From positions 1 through 38,859 of the forward strand of contig PZPI01000002.1 in NCBI GenBank assembly GCA_003045935.1: a stretch of DNA of 38,859 nucleotides, given 5' to 3'. Position 1 is the first letter of the stretch. Each line of letters begins with the position of its first letter. The notes below the pieces were generated by a model. That model saw only the letters and a list, made by a program, of their open reading frames with translations. It had not been told where the DNA came from and ran no database searches. Position numbers and translations under genes: made by a program. Positions 26,891-36,489 of this stretch are shown in pieces. Source of the stretch: Bacteroidota bacterium (lineage in GTDB: Bacteria > Bacteroidota > Bacteroidia > Flavobacteriales > Flavobacteriaceae).

Positions 26891-28774
26891 ATGGAAAAAG
26901 GTAAAATCAACGTTTCTGTGGACAACATATTTCCACTGATCAAGAAGTTTCTTTACAGCGATCAAGAAATATTTTTACGAGAGCTCGTTTCTAATGCAAC
27001 AGATGCAACCTTGAAACTTAAGCATTTATGCAACATCGGTGAATCTACCGCTGAGTACGGAAACCCGCAGATCGAGATTAAGATCAATGAAAAAGAAAAT
27101 ACCCTTCATATCATTGACCAAGGAATTGGTATGAGTGAAGAAGAAGTTAAAAAATACATTAACGAAGTAGCCTTTTCTGGGGCAGAAGAATTTCTAGATA
27201 AATATAAGGATAGCGCTAAAGATAGTGGCATTATCGGCCACTTCGGTCTTGGATTCTATTCAGCATTTATGGTAGCCCATAAAGTAGAAATCATTACCAA
27301 GAGTCATACCGATGCCCCAGCGGTTCATTGGAGCTGCGATGGATCACCAGAATTTGTACTTGAACCCTCCGACAAAACCGATAAAGGAACAGAGATCATT
27401 CTCCACATTTCTGATGATTCTAAAGAATATTTAGAAAAAGGAAAAATCAGAGGTCTATTAGAGAAATACAATAAGTTCATGCCTATTCCTATTAAAATGG
27501 GTACAAGAACTGAGACCCTTCCAAAACCTGAAGGGGCTAAAGAAGAGGATCCAGCACCCACTAAGGAGGTTGATGATATTGTAAATAATCCAAATCCTGC
27601 ATGGACAAAATCGCCCAGTGATCTGAATGATGAAGATTACAAGAATTTCTACCGCGAACTCTATCCGATGCAGTTTGAGGAGCCCTTATTCAATATTCAC
27701 TTGAATGTTGACTATCCATTTAACCTTACGGGTATCCTCTATTTTCCAAAGCTATCGAATGACCTTAATATTCAAAAGGATCGCATACAACTATATCAAA
27801 ACCAAGTTTTTGTTACCGATAATGTAGAAGGCATTGTGCCCGAATTTTTAACCATGCTTAGAGGGGTTATCGATTCTCCAGATATCCCACTCAACGTGTC
27901 AAGATCTTATCTTCAAGCAGATGGTGCAGTTAAGAAAATTAGCTCATACATCACTCGTAAGGTTGCCGATAAACTTACATCTCTCTTCAAAGATGACCGT
28001 AAATCATTCGAGGAGAAATGGAACGATATTAAAGTGGTCATTGAATATGGAATGCTGTCTGAAGAGAAATTCTTTGAAAAGGCAGAAAAGTTTGCATTAT
28101 ACCCGTCAGTTGACAATGAGTACTTTACCTATGAAGAGTTAGTAGCAAAAATTAAAGACTCACATACCGATAAGGATGGCAAACTTGTTCTTCTTTATGC
28201 ATCAAATCTAGAAGAACAGCATTCTTATATTGAAGCTGCAAAAGAGAAAGGCTGTACTGTTTTACTCTTAGACAGCCCAATCGTTCCTCATTTACTTCAG
28301 AAATTAGAAACCTCTAAGGAGAACATTTCGTTCGCCCGAGTTGACTCAGATGCTGTTGAGAATTTGATTAAGAAAGAAGAGGAATCGATCTCAAAATTAG
28401 ATGAAACTCAAATCACTACTTTAAAAGAAAAAGTTGAAGGAGTTGTGAAGGATACAGGATATATCATTCAAACCGAAGCGCTGAGTAGCGACGCACTGCC
28501 TTTTATGCTGACTGAACCTGAATTCATGAGAAGGATGAAGGACATGCAAAAAACAGGAGGCGGTGGATTTATGGGTCAAAACATGCCGGACATGTATAAC
28601 CTAGTCATCAATACTAATCACCCTTTAGCTAGTGAAATTCTCGAAACTAAAACTGATAAAAAGCGAGAAAAACTAATTCGTCAAGCGCTCGACCTCGCTA
28701 AGCTATCGAAAGGAGTTCTTAAAGGGGCAGACCTCAGCGCTTTTATTAAGAGAAGTGTTGATCTGATTAAATAG
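26891..28774 (+). CDS. htpG: Molecular chaperone Hsp90
   Basis: ELVSNATDA, GHFGLGFYSAFMVA, DSPDIPLNVSR, 627 aa. Confidence 0.95.
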   Translation: MEKGKINVSVDNIFPLIKKFLYSDQEIFLRELVSNATDATLKLKHLCNIGESTAEYGNPQIEIKINEKENTLHIIDQGIGMSEEEVKKYINEVAFSGAEEFLDKYKDSAKDSGIIGHFGLGFYSAFMVAHKVEIITKSHTDAPAVHWSCDGSPEFVLEPSDKTDKGTEIILHISDDSKEYLEKGKIRGLLEKYNKFMPIPIKMGTRTETLPKPEGAKEEDPAPTKEVDDIVNNPNPAWTKSPSDLNDEDYKNFYRELYPMQFEEPLFNIHLNVDYPFNLTGILYFPKLSNDLNIQKDRIQLYQNQVFVTDNVEGIVPEFLTMLRGVIDSPDIPLNVSRSYLQADGAVKKISSYITRKVADKLTSLFKDDRKSFEEKWNDIKVVIEYGMLSEEKFFEKAEKFALYPSVDNEYFTYEELVAKIKDSHTDKDGKLVLLYASNLEEQHSYIEAAKEKGCTVLLLDSPIVPHLLQKLETSKENISFARVDSDAVENLIKKEEESISKLDETQITTLKEKVEGVVKDTGYIIQTEALSSDALPFMLTEPEFMRRMKDMQKTGGGGFMGQNMPDMYNLVINTNHPLASEILETKTDKKREKLIRQALDLAKLSKGVLKGADLSAFIKRSVDLIK

Positions 28775-28793
28775 TTTCAGTAAAGATTAAAAC

Positions 28794-28825
28794 AAAAAAG
28801 GCCCTCCGAAAGAAGGGCCTTTTTT
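28794..28825. terminator. Bidirectional rho-independent terminator between htpG and the convergent small gene
   Basis: AAAAAAGGCCCT ... AGGGCCTTTTTT: a GC stem flanked by an A-run and a T-run. Confidence 0.75.
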
Positions 28826-28845
28826 AACCTTAACAATTAACTAAA

Positions 28846-29199
28846 CTATTGCACTTTTACAATTTGCTCGAAAGCATTTTGATTGTAGGCAACCACAATT
28901 TTGTATGAATCGTTGAAAGCTTTAGAGAAGTCAAATGCTTTCTCAACGATTAAGTCTCCAGCTACACGTTCTGTGTAAATTACATTGTTTTGGCTATCAA
29001 GTACTTTGATCTCTACCATCACTTGCTCAGCATTTAAGAAGCTTACTAATAACTTCTCACCTTTTCTTTTGAAAACTGGATCTAGTGAAAGAACTTCAGA
29101 TTCAATACCAAAAGAAGTAGTGGTAACTACTGATGCAGGATTAGCAACTGCTGATAATGCAGTAAAAACTAGGGCCAGGGTTAAAATAACTTTTTTCAT
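28846..29199 (-). CDS. Small secreted hypothetical protein (117 aa, beta-rich)
   Basis: Start moved to MKKVILTLALVFTALSAVANPA (signal peptide). The remainder has a beta-sandwich-like alternation (VMVEIKVLDSQNNVIYTERV ... YKIVVAYNQ). No family assigned. Confidence 0.55.
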   Translation of the reverse strand: MKKVILTLALVFTALSAVANPASVVTTTSFGIESEVLSLDPVFKRKGEKLLVSFLNAEQVMVEIKVLDSQNNVIYTERVAGDLIVEKAFDFSKAFNDSYKIVVAYNQNAFEQIVKVQ

Positions 29200-29246
29200 T
29201 TCTATTCGTTTTTTAATTGATGATTCTTGATTGATGATTGATACTG

Positions 29247-29254
29247 CAAATATA
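29247..29254 (-). promoter_or_regulatory. Candidate -7 promoter box (TATATTTG) for the small secreted protein gene
   Basis: Exact TAnnTTTG match on the minus strand, 47 nt upstream of ATG 29199. Confidence 0.3.
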
Positions 29255-29364
29255 GAGTCACAAAGAATCTTGTAAATACACACCCATTATCCAGTTTATG
29301 TACAATTTTAACATTGAAAGATGAAAATTTGAGATATAAAGTGAATATCGAGACAATTCAGTCG

Positions 29365-29372
29365 TATTTTTG
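29365..29372 (+). promoter_or_regulatory. Candidate -7 promoter box (TATTTTTG) for araC-alkB-DUF2805
   Basis: Exact TAnnTTTG match 20 nt upstream of ATG 29393. Confidence 0.35.
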
Positions 29373-29392
29373 AAAAGTCAAAAGGATAACTA

Positions 29393-30268
29393 ATGAGTAA
29401 CCAATCTATTGCATTTGAAGTAATTACCCCCGTGTTCGGAAACTCTTTTGCATTGCAAAGCTTTGACGAACAAAATATTAATCATTACAAGAGCTGGCAT
29501 TATCATCCAGAAATAGAACTTGTATACATTAATGGAGGAGCTGGTAAGCGGCAAATAGGTTCACACATGTCCTATTTTAATGACGGAGACTTAATATTAA
29601 TCGGCAAGAATTTGCCCCATTGCGGATTTACAGATCGTTTTACAGGCAATAAAAAGGAAACCTTAGTTCAATTCAAAGAGGATTTCTTGGGGCCAAACTT
29701 CTTCGATATCCCAGAAATGATCGCAATTAACGACCTATTCGAGCTTTCAAAGCAAGGGCTTGCATTTCACGGAGTAACCAAAGAAAAGGTAGGCGAAGCA
29801 ATGGAAGCCATGCTTCACCTCCCCGATTTTAAACGTCTTTTAAAGTTATTAGACATTTTACATGATCTAAGTATCTCTAAAGAGTTCACCATTTTAAATG
29901 CAGAAGGATTCAGCATTTCCACAGAAGTAGCTGATAACGATCGAATCAACCGAGTTTTCAACTACATCAAAAATCACTATCAGGAGAGCATTTCGCTAGA
30001 CGAAATATCTGATCTAGCGGGCATGACTGAACCTTCATTCTGCCGATACTTCAAAAAAACAACGAATAAGACCTTTACTCAATTCGTCAATGAATATCGA
30101 TTAGTTCATGCCTCTAAATTATTAGCAGAAAACAACTTACCAATCACCGACATTGCCTTTGAATGTGGATTTCAAAACTTCTCTCATTTTAGTAGAACCT
30201 TTAAGAAATTCACAGGTGTTTCACCACTTCGTTACAGAAACCAAATGAAAACTATTATCGACACCTAA
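29393..30268 (+). CDS. AraC-family transcriptional regulator with N-terminal cupin-like domain
   Basis: C-terminal double HTH: ISLDEISDLAGMTEPSFCRYFKK ... ITDIAFECGFQNFSHFSRTFKKFTGVSPLRYR. N-terminal HYHPEIELVYINGG. Confidence 0.85.
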   Translation: MSNQSIAFEVITPVFGNSFALQSFDEQNINHYKSWHYHPEIELVYINGGAGKRQIGSHMSYFNDGDLILIGKNLPHCGFTDRFTGNKKETLVQFKEDFLGPNFFDIPEMIAINDLFELSKQGLAFHGVTKEKVGEAMEAMLHLPDFKRLLKLLDILHDLSISKEFTILNAEGFSISTEVADNDRINRVFNYIKNHYQESISLDEISDLAGMTEPSFCRYFKKTTNKTFTQFVNEYRLVHASKLLAENNLPITDIAFECGFQNFSHFSRTFKKFTGVSPLRYRNQMKTIIDT

Positions 30269-30855
30269 TGATTGATCTCAGTTTTAATAGTTCTAAACTT
30301 CTCTTCTGGCCGAATTTTCTATCAACAACCGAGGCTGATGAATTATTCGTAGAACTGATAAAAGTTAATCTTTGGAGACAAGACAAGGTTAAAGTTTTCG
30401 GAAAAGTCTACGATCAACCAAGACTATGCTTTTTGGCTGCTGACCAAAAGGTAAATTACACCTACTCCGGTTTAACACTACCTGCAATTGAATTCTCAGA
30501 AAGTCTTCTTTCATTAAAGAATCGCATTGAAGAAATTACCTCTGCAAGGTTCAATAGCTGCTTAGCGAATCTTTACAGGGATGGAAACGATAGTAATGGT
30601 TGGCATTCAGATGATGAGAAAGAATTAGGTAGTCAACCAATAATCGCCTCATTGAGTCTGGGAGTAGCACGCAATTTTGACTTAAAACACAAAAAGAATT
30701 CGCTTTTAAAAAAACGTATCGAACTCACCCACGGCAGCCTCCTTTTAATGAGTGGTCGCACCCAAGAAGACTTCAAACACCAAATCGCAAAATCAAAACG
30801 TATCCACGAACCTCGCATCAATCTTACTTTTAGATATATCTTTGATGAGCTATGA
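30268..30855 (+). CDS. alkB: Fe(II)/2-oxoglutarate-dependent DNA/RNA dealkylating dioxygenase AlkB
   Basis: NLYRDGNDSNGWHSDDE (HxD), later HQI, RINLTFR. TAATG overlap with the araC-family gene. Confidence 0.85.
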   Translation: MIDLSFNSSKLLFWPNFLSTTEADELFVELIKVNLWRQDKVKVFGKVYDQPRLCFLAADQKVNYTYSGLTLPAIEFSESLLSLKNRIEEITSARFNSCLANLYRDGNDSNGWHSDDEKELGSQPIIASLSLGVARNFDLKHKKNSLLKKRIELTHGSLLLMSGRTQEDFKHQIAKSKRIHEPRINLTFRYIFDEL

Positions 30856-31133
30856 AGAAAGAATTTACTGAGAGAGAAATCGACCGAATCATTGAAATGG
30901 CCTGGGAGGATCGTACACCATTTGATGCGATCACTTTTCAATTCGGAATATCAGAGCAAGAGACCATCAATCTAATGCGTCGGGAGATGAAGCCATCGAG
31001 TTTCAGGATGTGGCGTACTCGTGTTCAAGGCCGCCCAACGAAACACTTAAAATTAAGAGACAACGTTAAAGGGCGTTTTAAATGTTCACGACAAAGGAAC
31101 ATCTCTGGGAATAAGATCTCTAAAAGAAGATAG
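30852..31133 (+). CDS. DUF2805 / TIGR03643-family small protein
   Basis: REIDRIIEMAWEDRTPFDAITFQFGISEQETINLMRREMKPSSFRMWRTRVQGR is the family signature as I recall it. ATGA overlap with alkB. Confidence 0.7.
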   Translation: MKKEFTEREIDRIIEMAWEDRTPFDAITFQFGISEQETINLMRREMKPSSFRMWRTRVQGRPTKHLKLRDNVKGRFKCSRQRNISGNKISKRR

Positions 31134-31139
31134 AAATCC

Positions 31140-31943
31140 CTATTCAAAAAGTAGGTTCAATAATCGCGCTAGTCGCACTCCACCCTTTTGCAGCTGAGTA
31201 AAAAGTAAGTCGTTGTACTCGTAACTGTATCTATAAGCCAATCGATCTCCGTCCTTGGCAGATGCATAAACAGTTGCTGCCGCCTCATGAGAATCCTCAA
31301 TCCAATCTAAATAGGTTCCCGAGTTGTATTGTTTTCGTTTATCGCTTGAAAGCTGATCGTCAAGTTCATTTGCTAGTTCAGTATAAGAAAGATTTACTGA
31401 CTCTATCAAATCAGAGTCCCATAAACGGTGCAAATTAGTAGGTTTTGAAAACCAGGAAAGCTTGATGGCGTTACCTCCACGATCCTCTCCTCTTCCTGCA
31501 TGAAGTGGCATGTGCATATCTCCTATTAGGTGAACCAAAAGAGCCAGGTGAAATTGCTTGTCTTCTATACTCGAAGTAGCATCTGACAACACCTCTATGC
31601 ACTGCTCAATGCCAAAAATAATATCACCGGCGTCTACTCTTTTAGAAACATCATATCTCGTATCTAATTCATAATTCACATAGTGCCAAGGGCCATATTT
31701 AGAATAATTGCGATCAGATTTTATTTCATCGGCATAGGTTGAAACAAATGCCAAGCTTTTTCCTGCAAGCAGTTTTTCAATCTTTCGACTGGCTTTACGA
31801 GTCAAATGATATTCTGCAATGAGTCCAATAACTCGATGCCCGGTTTGACCCCAAACCACTGTTTCATCGGCGGCGTTTACAGCATGAGGTTCGGGAGTAT
31901 TGATATCTATCAGTAGGCTCAACAGAACAAAAATTAGTTTCAT
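31140..31943 (-). CDS. Secreted S1/P1-family zinc nuclease
   Basis: Signal peptide, then WGQTGHRV, HLIGDMHMPLH, NLHRLWDS. Confidence 0.9.
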   Translation of the reverse strand: MKLIFVLLSLLIDINTPEPHAVNAADETVVWGQTGHRVIGLIAEYHLTRKASRKIEKLLAGKSLAFVSTYADEIKSDRNYSKYGPWHYVNYELDTRYDVSKRVDAGDIIFGIEQCIEVLSDATSSIEDKQFHLALLVHLIGDMHMPLHAGRGEDRGGNAIKLSWFSKPTNLHRLWDSDLIESVNLSYTELANELDDQLSSDKRKQYNSGTYLDWIEDSHEAAATVYASAKDGDRLAYRYSYEYNDLLFTQLQKGGVRLARLLNLLFE

Positions 31944-31961
31944 ATCAATTTTGATTTAAAA

Positions 31962-31969
31962 CAAAAATA
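31962..31969 (-). promoter_or_regulatory. Candidate -7 promoter box (TATTTTTG) for the S1/P1 nuclease gene
   Basis: Exact TAnnTTTG match on the minus strand, 18 nt upstream of ATG 31943. Confidence 0.35.
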
Positions 31970-32037
31970 GACTCCTATTCTCTAAAAAGAGAACATTTAA
32001 CATATTCCTACTTTGGATTCTATTACTTTTATGGGTT

Positions 32038-34230
32038 ATGAAAAGAAGCTTTTTATCACTACTAGTGGTTCTAGTAGGCTCTTATAACGGATACGCTCAG
32101 AAAAGAAGTATCTCTGCCAAATTGATTAATCAAGAAATTCTTATCGACGGTAAACTTGATGAATCGGTATGGATTAGTCAAGAACCCTCAGGAGGATTTA
32201 CACAATATTTCCCTACCGATACCCTCCCTGCAACTAACGATAGTAAAATCCGCATTCTTTATGACAAGGATGCAATCTACATCGGTCTGACCATGAAGAC
32301 TTCCTCAGACCAGTTTGTCGTTAATTCATTGAGAAGAGATTATAGAGGGAGCGGTATTGATAATATTGCCATCATGTTTGACACATTCAATGATGGGAAC
32401 AATGCTTTTATTTTTGGTATGACCCCACTGGGTGTTCAACGCGAAGGTTTGATTACCAACGGAGGAGCTACAAATCGTGACTACCAATTTTCATGGGATG
32501 CCAAATGGCAGGGAGAAGCCTACATCGGAGACGGGTATTATAGTTTAGAAATGTCGATACCATTTAACTCGCTAAAATTCGAGAATAACGCCACTCGGTG
32601 GGGATTTAGAGTACATCGCTTCGATATGCAGACCAACGAAACTAGTGTTTGGGTTCCTATCCCACAGAATCAAATACTAGGAAGTTTAGCATTTACAGGA
32701 GATCTACTTTTTGAACAACCCCTATCCGATTCAAAAACTTCAGTAGCCCTTATTCCTTTCTTAACTGCTGGGTCATCTCAGGACTTCGAAAACGCAACCC
32801 CAAAATCGAGTTTTTCAAGTATCGGAGGAGATGTAAAAATTCCAGTAGGTAAAGGAATGAATCTCGATCTTACCTTTAATCCAGACTTTTCGCAGGTAGA
32901 AGTTGATAATTTTATCACCAATCTCACTCGTTTTGAGGTATCGCTTCCAGAGCGTCGTCAATTTTTTATTGACAACAACGACCTCTTCGGAGCATTCGGG
33001 GGTGGTAGAGACGCCAACCCTTTCTTTTCTCGAAGAATTGGAATTGCTTCAGACAATGAGGGAAATACCATTGAAAATGGAATTACCGCTGGAATGCGCC
33101 TAACAGGAAAGTTAAACGATAAATTAAGAGTTGGTGTTCTTTCTATTCAAACCGAAAGTGATCTAGAAAATGGTATCCCATCGAATAACAATTCGATGAT
33201 TGCTCTTCAGCAAAAGGTCTTCAGCCGATCGAATATCGCTGCATTTATTATTAATCGTGAAACCTCTGAAGCAGAGAACACCGATTATGAAAAATACAAT
33301 CGCGTAATTGGAATTGATTATAACCTTGCTTCAGCAGACAATACTTATGTCGGTAAGTTTTACACTCACAAATCACTCTCTCCTAATGATACGGATGGCA
33401 ACTTATCTGTAGGTACCAATCTTCAATACAACACACGAACTTGGAGCGGATTTCTAGATGCCATTTACATCGATGAAGAATTTACCTCAGACCTTGGTTT
33501 TATTCCTAGAAAAGGTATTTTAAAATGGGGCGGAAAAATCGGCTACCGTATCTGGCCTAAAAAAGGAATTTTCAATAGTCACAGCTTTGACACCTTTCAG
33601 AGCTACACTCATTTATCTAGTCTAGACTATACTCAAACCGATTACTTAAGAAACTTTGGATATGAAGGTAGACTAACAAATCAAGGGCAGATCGAATTAT
33701 CCATTAATAACAGGTACACTTATTTAACTGACGAATTCGGGCCAACCCGCAGAGACGAAGACATTCCTTTACCCGCTAATAGCGACTACAACTATACAAG
33801 TGTTCGCTTTCAATTTCAATCAGATCGAAGAAAGTTGTTCTCCTATAACATACAAACTGATATTGGCGAGTTCTTTAATGGCACCAAATCTTCGTTTGAA
33901 ACCCGATTAAATTTTAGAGTTCAACCCAAATTAAATGTGGGTCTTAACTCCAACATTGACCGAATCGACCTCCCTGAGTTCTATGGAAACACGACCATTG
34001 TTCTAATCAGTCCTCGAATTGATTACACCTTTAACAGATCACTCTTCTGGTCTACTCTTATCCAGTATAGTAACCAAAGAGATAATTTTGGAATTAACTC
34101 AAGATTGCAGTGGAGATTCGCGCCTCTATCCGATCTATTTCTAGTGTATAACGACAACTATTTCGTTAACCAATGGGGGCCTAGAAGTCGTTCTATCAAT
34201 CTTAAACTCACCTATTGGCTGAATATTTAA
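32038..34230 (+). CDS. DUF5916-type outer-membrane protein with N-terminal CBM9-like domain
   Basis: Signal peptide MKRSFLSLLVVLVGSYNGYAQ. N-terminal IDGKLDESVW ... YDKDAIYIG pattern of CBM9-like modules. Long C-terminal region of amphipathic beta-strands. 730 aa. Confidence 0.65.
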   Translation: MKRSFLSLLVVLVGSYNGYAQKRSISAKLINQEILIDGKLDESVWISQEPSGGFTQYFPTDTLPATNDSKIRILYDKDAIYIGLTMKTSSDQFVVNSLRRDYRGSGIDNIAIMFDTFNDGNNAFIFGMTPLGVQREGLITNGGATNRDYQFSWDAKWQGEAYIGDGYYSLEMSIPFNSLKFENNATRWGFRVHRFDMQTNETSVWVPIPQNQILGSLAFTGDLLFEQPLSDSKTSVALIPFLTAGSSQDFENATPKSSFSSIGGDVKIPVGKGMNLDLTFNPDFSQVEVDNFITNLTRFEVSLPERRQFFIDNNDLFGAFGGGRDANPFFSRRIGIASDNEGNTIENGITAGMRLTGKLNDKLRVGVLSIQTESDLENGIPSNNNSMIALQQKVFSRSNIAAFIINRETSEAENTDYEKYNRVIGIDYNLASADNTYVGKFYTHKSLSPNDTDGNLSVGTNLQYNTRTWSGFLDAIYIDEEFTSDLGFIPRKGILKWGGKIGYRIWPKKGIFNSHSFDTFQSYTHLSSLDYTQTDYLRNFGYEGRLTNQGQIELSINNRYTYLTDEFGPTRRDEDIPLPANSDYNYTSVRFQFQSDRRKLFSYNIQTDIGEFFNGTKSSFETRLNFRVQPKLNVGLNSNIDRIDLPEFYGNTTIVLISPRIDYTFNRSLFWSTLIQYSNQRDNFGINSRLQWRFAPLSDLFLVYNDNYFVNQWGPRSRSINLKLTYWLNI

Positions 34231-35480
34231 TGGATTCGATTACCAACGATACCATCATATTCGGGCTACTAGCATCTATTTTAGCCTTAGTTTTCTACAC
34301 CCAAAAACACAAAAGATTCCAGTCCTTCTACAGTGTAGTTCCCGCAGTTCTGCTCTGTTATTTGCTTCCGGCGATTTTGGTTTACTTGAAAGTTATCGAT
34401 CCCTCAGAATCTAAACTTTATTTTGTAGCCTCTAGATACCTCTTACCCGCTGCATTAGTCCTAATGACCTTAAGCGTTGATCTCAAAGCTGTTTTACGAT
34501 TAGGCCCTAAAGCGCTAATCATGTTTTTTACAGGAACCTTAGGAATTATCATCGGAGGACCCTTAGCACTACTTGTAATGGGATCATTCTGGCCAGAACT
34601 GTTACAACTCGAAGGAAACGATGCGATTTGGAGAGGCCTAGCAACAATCGCTGGTAGTTGGATTGGTGGAGGCGCCAACCAAGCAGCTATGTTAGAGGTT
34701 TTTAGTTATAACAAGAACCTCTATGGTTCGATGGTTTTAGTGGACGTTCTAGTCGCTAACTTTTGGTTGGCTATACTTATTTTCTTTGTAGGAAAAAAGA
34801 CGCAAATCGATCGCTATTTAAAAGCAGATAATCGATCTATAGATCATCTAATTAAGAAAATGGAAGGCTACCAAAAAAGTGTTCGAAGAGTAGCTACCAC
34901 TGCCGACTTAATGCTTTTATTAGGCATAGGTTTCGGAGCCGTAGGCTTAGCCCATTTCATCGGTAATTTTATAAGTAGTCACCTCCCCTACTGGTTTCCC
35001 GTTCTTGATGATCCGAAACATATTTTAGCTTCAATAACCTCACCGTTTCTTTGGATGGTACTGACCGCAACAATTATTGGAATAATAGCCTCCAAAACTA
35101 ATTTAAGATCGCTAGAAGGTGTGGGTTCAAGTAATTTAGGAAGTGTATTTATCTATTTACTAGTAGCAACTATCGGAATGCAAATCGATCTTCGAGCCAT
35201 TGGTGAACAACCTGAACTCCTTCTTATTGGTCTTATCTGGATCGCCATTCACTCTATACTCCTTTTTAGTGTCGGAAAATGGATAAAAGCCCCCTACTTC
35301 TTTCTAGCAGTGGGTAGTCAGGCCAACGTGGGAGGAGCAGCCTCAGCACCTGTGATTGCAGCAAGTTTTCACCCAGCCCTTAGCTCAGTGGGGATCTTAT
35401 TAGCAATTTGCGGATACATTGTAGGTACTATAGGCGCTTATTTTTGCGCTTTATTGCTTCAAGTTGCGCATAACCTTTAA
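34230..35480 (+). CDS. DUF819-family polytopic inner-membrane protein (putative transporter)
   Basis: Start taken at the ATG overlapping the upstream stop (TAATG). About 11-12 hydrophobic segments. Motifs GSWIGGGANQAAM and GSQANVGGAASAP. Confidence 0.65.
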   Translation: MDSITNDTIIFGLLASILALVFYTQKHKRFQSFYSVVPAVLLCYLLPAILVYLKVIDPSESKLYFVASRYLLPAALVLMTLSVDLKAVLRLGPKALIMFFTGTLGIIIGGPLALLVMGSFWPELLQLEGNDAIWRGLATIAGSWIGGGANQAAMLEVFSYNKNLYGSMVLVDVLVANFWLAILIFFVGKKTQIDRYLKADNRSIDHLIKKMEGYQKSVRRVATTADLMLLLGIGFGAVGLAHFIGNFISSHLPYWFPVLDDPKHILASITSPFLWMVLTATIIGIIASKTNLRSLEGVGSSNLGSVFIYLLVATIGMQIDLRAIGEQPELLLIGLIWIAIHSILLFSVGKWIKAPYFFLAVGSQANVGGAASAPVIAASFHPALSSVGILLAICGYIVGTIGAYFCALLLQVAHNL

Positions 35481-35528
35481 AGAATCAGATCATTTATCGA
35501 TATTTGCCTCGGATAACCAAAAGCATTT

Positions 35529-36215
35529 ATGAAGCGTCTTTTACTTTCACTTTCTGCAATAGCGCTGTTGGCTAGTTGCAATTCAACTTCTGAAAATACT
35601 GAAGTAACCATCTCTATAAATGGTTTAAAAAAAGGTACTGTTTATCTTCAAAAGATTACAAAAGCAGGACTTATTAACTTAGATTCTGTAGAAAGTAATG
35701 GAAAAGAGACTCTGAACTTGGGATTAAATCTAAATCATCCAGAACTCATCTATGCTTACTTAGATAAAGCAGATGGCTCAACGTTCAATGATCGCCTTGC
35801 TTTTTTTGCTGAGCCTGGAGAGATCCAAATCTCTACTTCATTAACAAACTTCGAAAATGATGCGGTAATTAAGGCCGGCGAAGAGCATGAGGCCTTCAAA
35901 AACCTCCAAGAAATGCTAAGTCGCTTTACCAAGAAAGACTTTGAGCTCATGCAATTAGCGCAGACCGATCGAATAAACGATGATCGCTTCGTTGATTCAA
36001 TAGTTAAACAGAGTAATAGCAACAATATAAAACGTTACCAATTCATAGCTAATTATGCGCTGTCTAACCCAAATAAATACGTTTCAGCTTATTTAGTTAC
36101 TAGTGAAGGAGAAGAACTTAATCCGAAATGGAAGGATTCGATTTTCAATAACTTTTCTGAAGCTATCAAAAAATCAACTTACGGCCAACAACTAAACAGC
36201 CAACTATCTCAGTAG
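35529..36215 (+). CDS. DUF4369-like lipoprotein (no thioredoxin domain attached)
   Basis: Lipobox LLASC. VTISINGLKKGTVYLQKI resembles the N-terminal DUF4369 module of TlpA-like proteins. No CxxC motif present. Confidence 0.5.
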   Translation: MKRLLLSLSAIALLASCNSTSENTEVTISINGLKKGTVYLQKITKAGLINLDSVESNGKETLNLGLNLNHPELIYAYLDKADGSTFNDRLAFFAEPGEIQISTSLTNFENDAVIKAGEEHEAFKNLQEMLSRFTKKDFELMQLAQTDRINDDRFVDSIVKQSNSNNIKRYQFIANYALSNPNKYVSAYLVTSEGEELNPKWKDSIFNNFSEAIKKSTYGQQLNSQLSQ

Positions 36216-36216
36216 T

Positions 36217-36489
36217 TTAGTCTCCTAAACCGTTTATTTGGTCGGCAATTTCATTTGCCTTCTTTTCTAAATACTCATTAACCTTTTTAAAGTGATCCTT
36301 TTTCATAGGATTCTCCTTATCATTTACTAGGTCAATAAGCTCATCATAAACTTCAATACAGTTGTCGATGATTTGATTCCCTGCTTCAGAGTTGAGATTT
36401 TTTGTTTCAGACTCCCACTCGTAAACTGCTTCGATGAGTTCGCCTAATACGTAGTTGATCTCTTTCTTTAAAGCTTTAACACTTGCCAT
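36217..36489 (-). CDS. Small acidic helical hypothetical protein (90 aa)
   Basis: Clean ATG ORF in its own intergenic slot. No motif recognised. Confidence 0.45.
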   Translation of the reverse strand: MASVKALKKEINYVLGELIEAVYEWESETKNLNSEAGNQIIDNCIEVYDELIDLVNDKENPMKKDHFKKVNEYLEKKANEIADQINGLGD

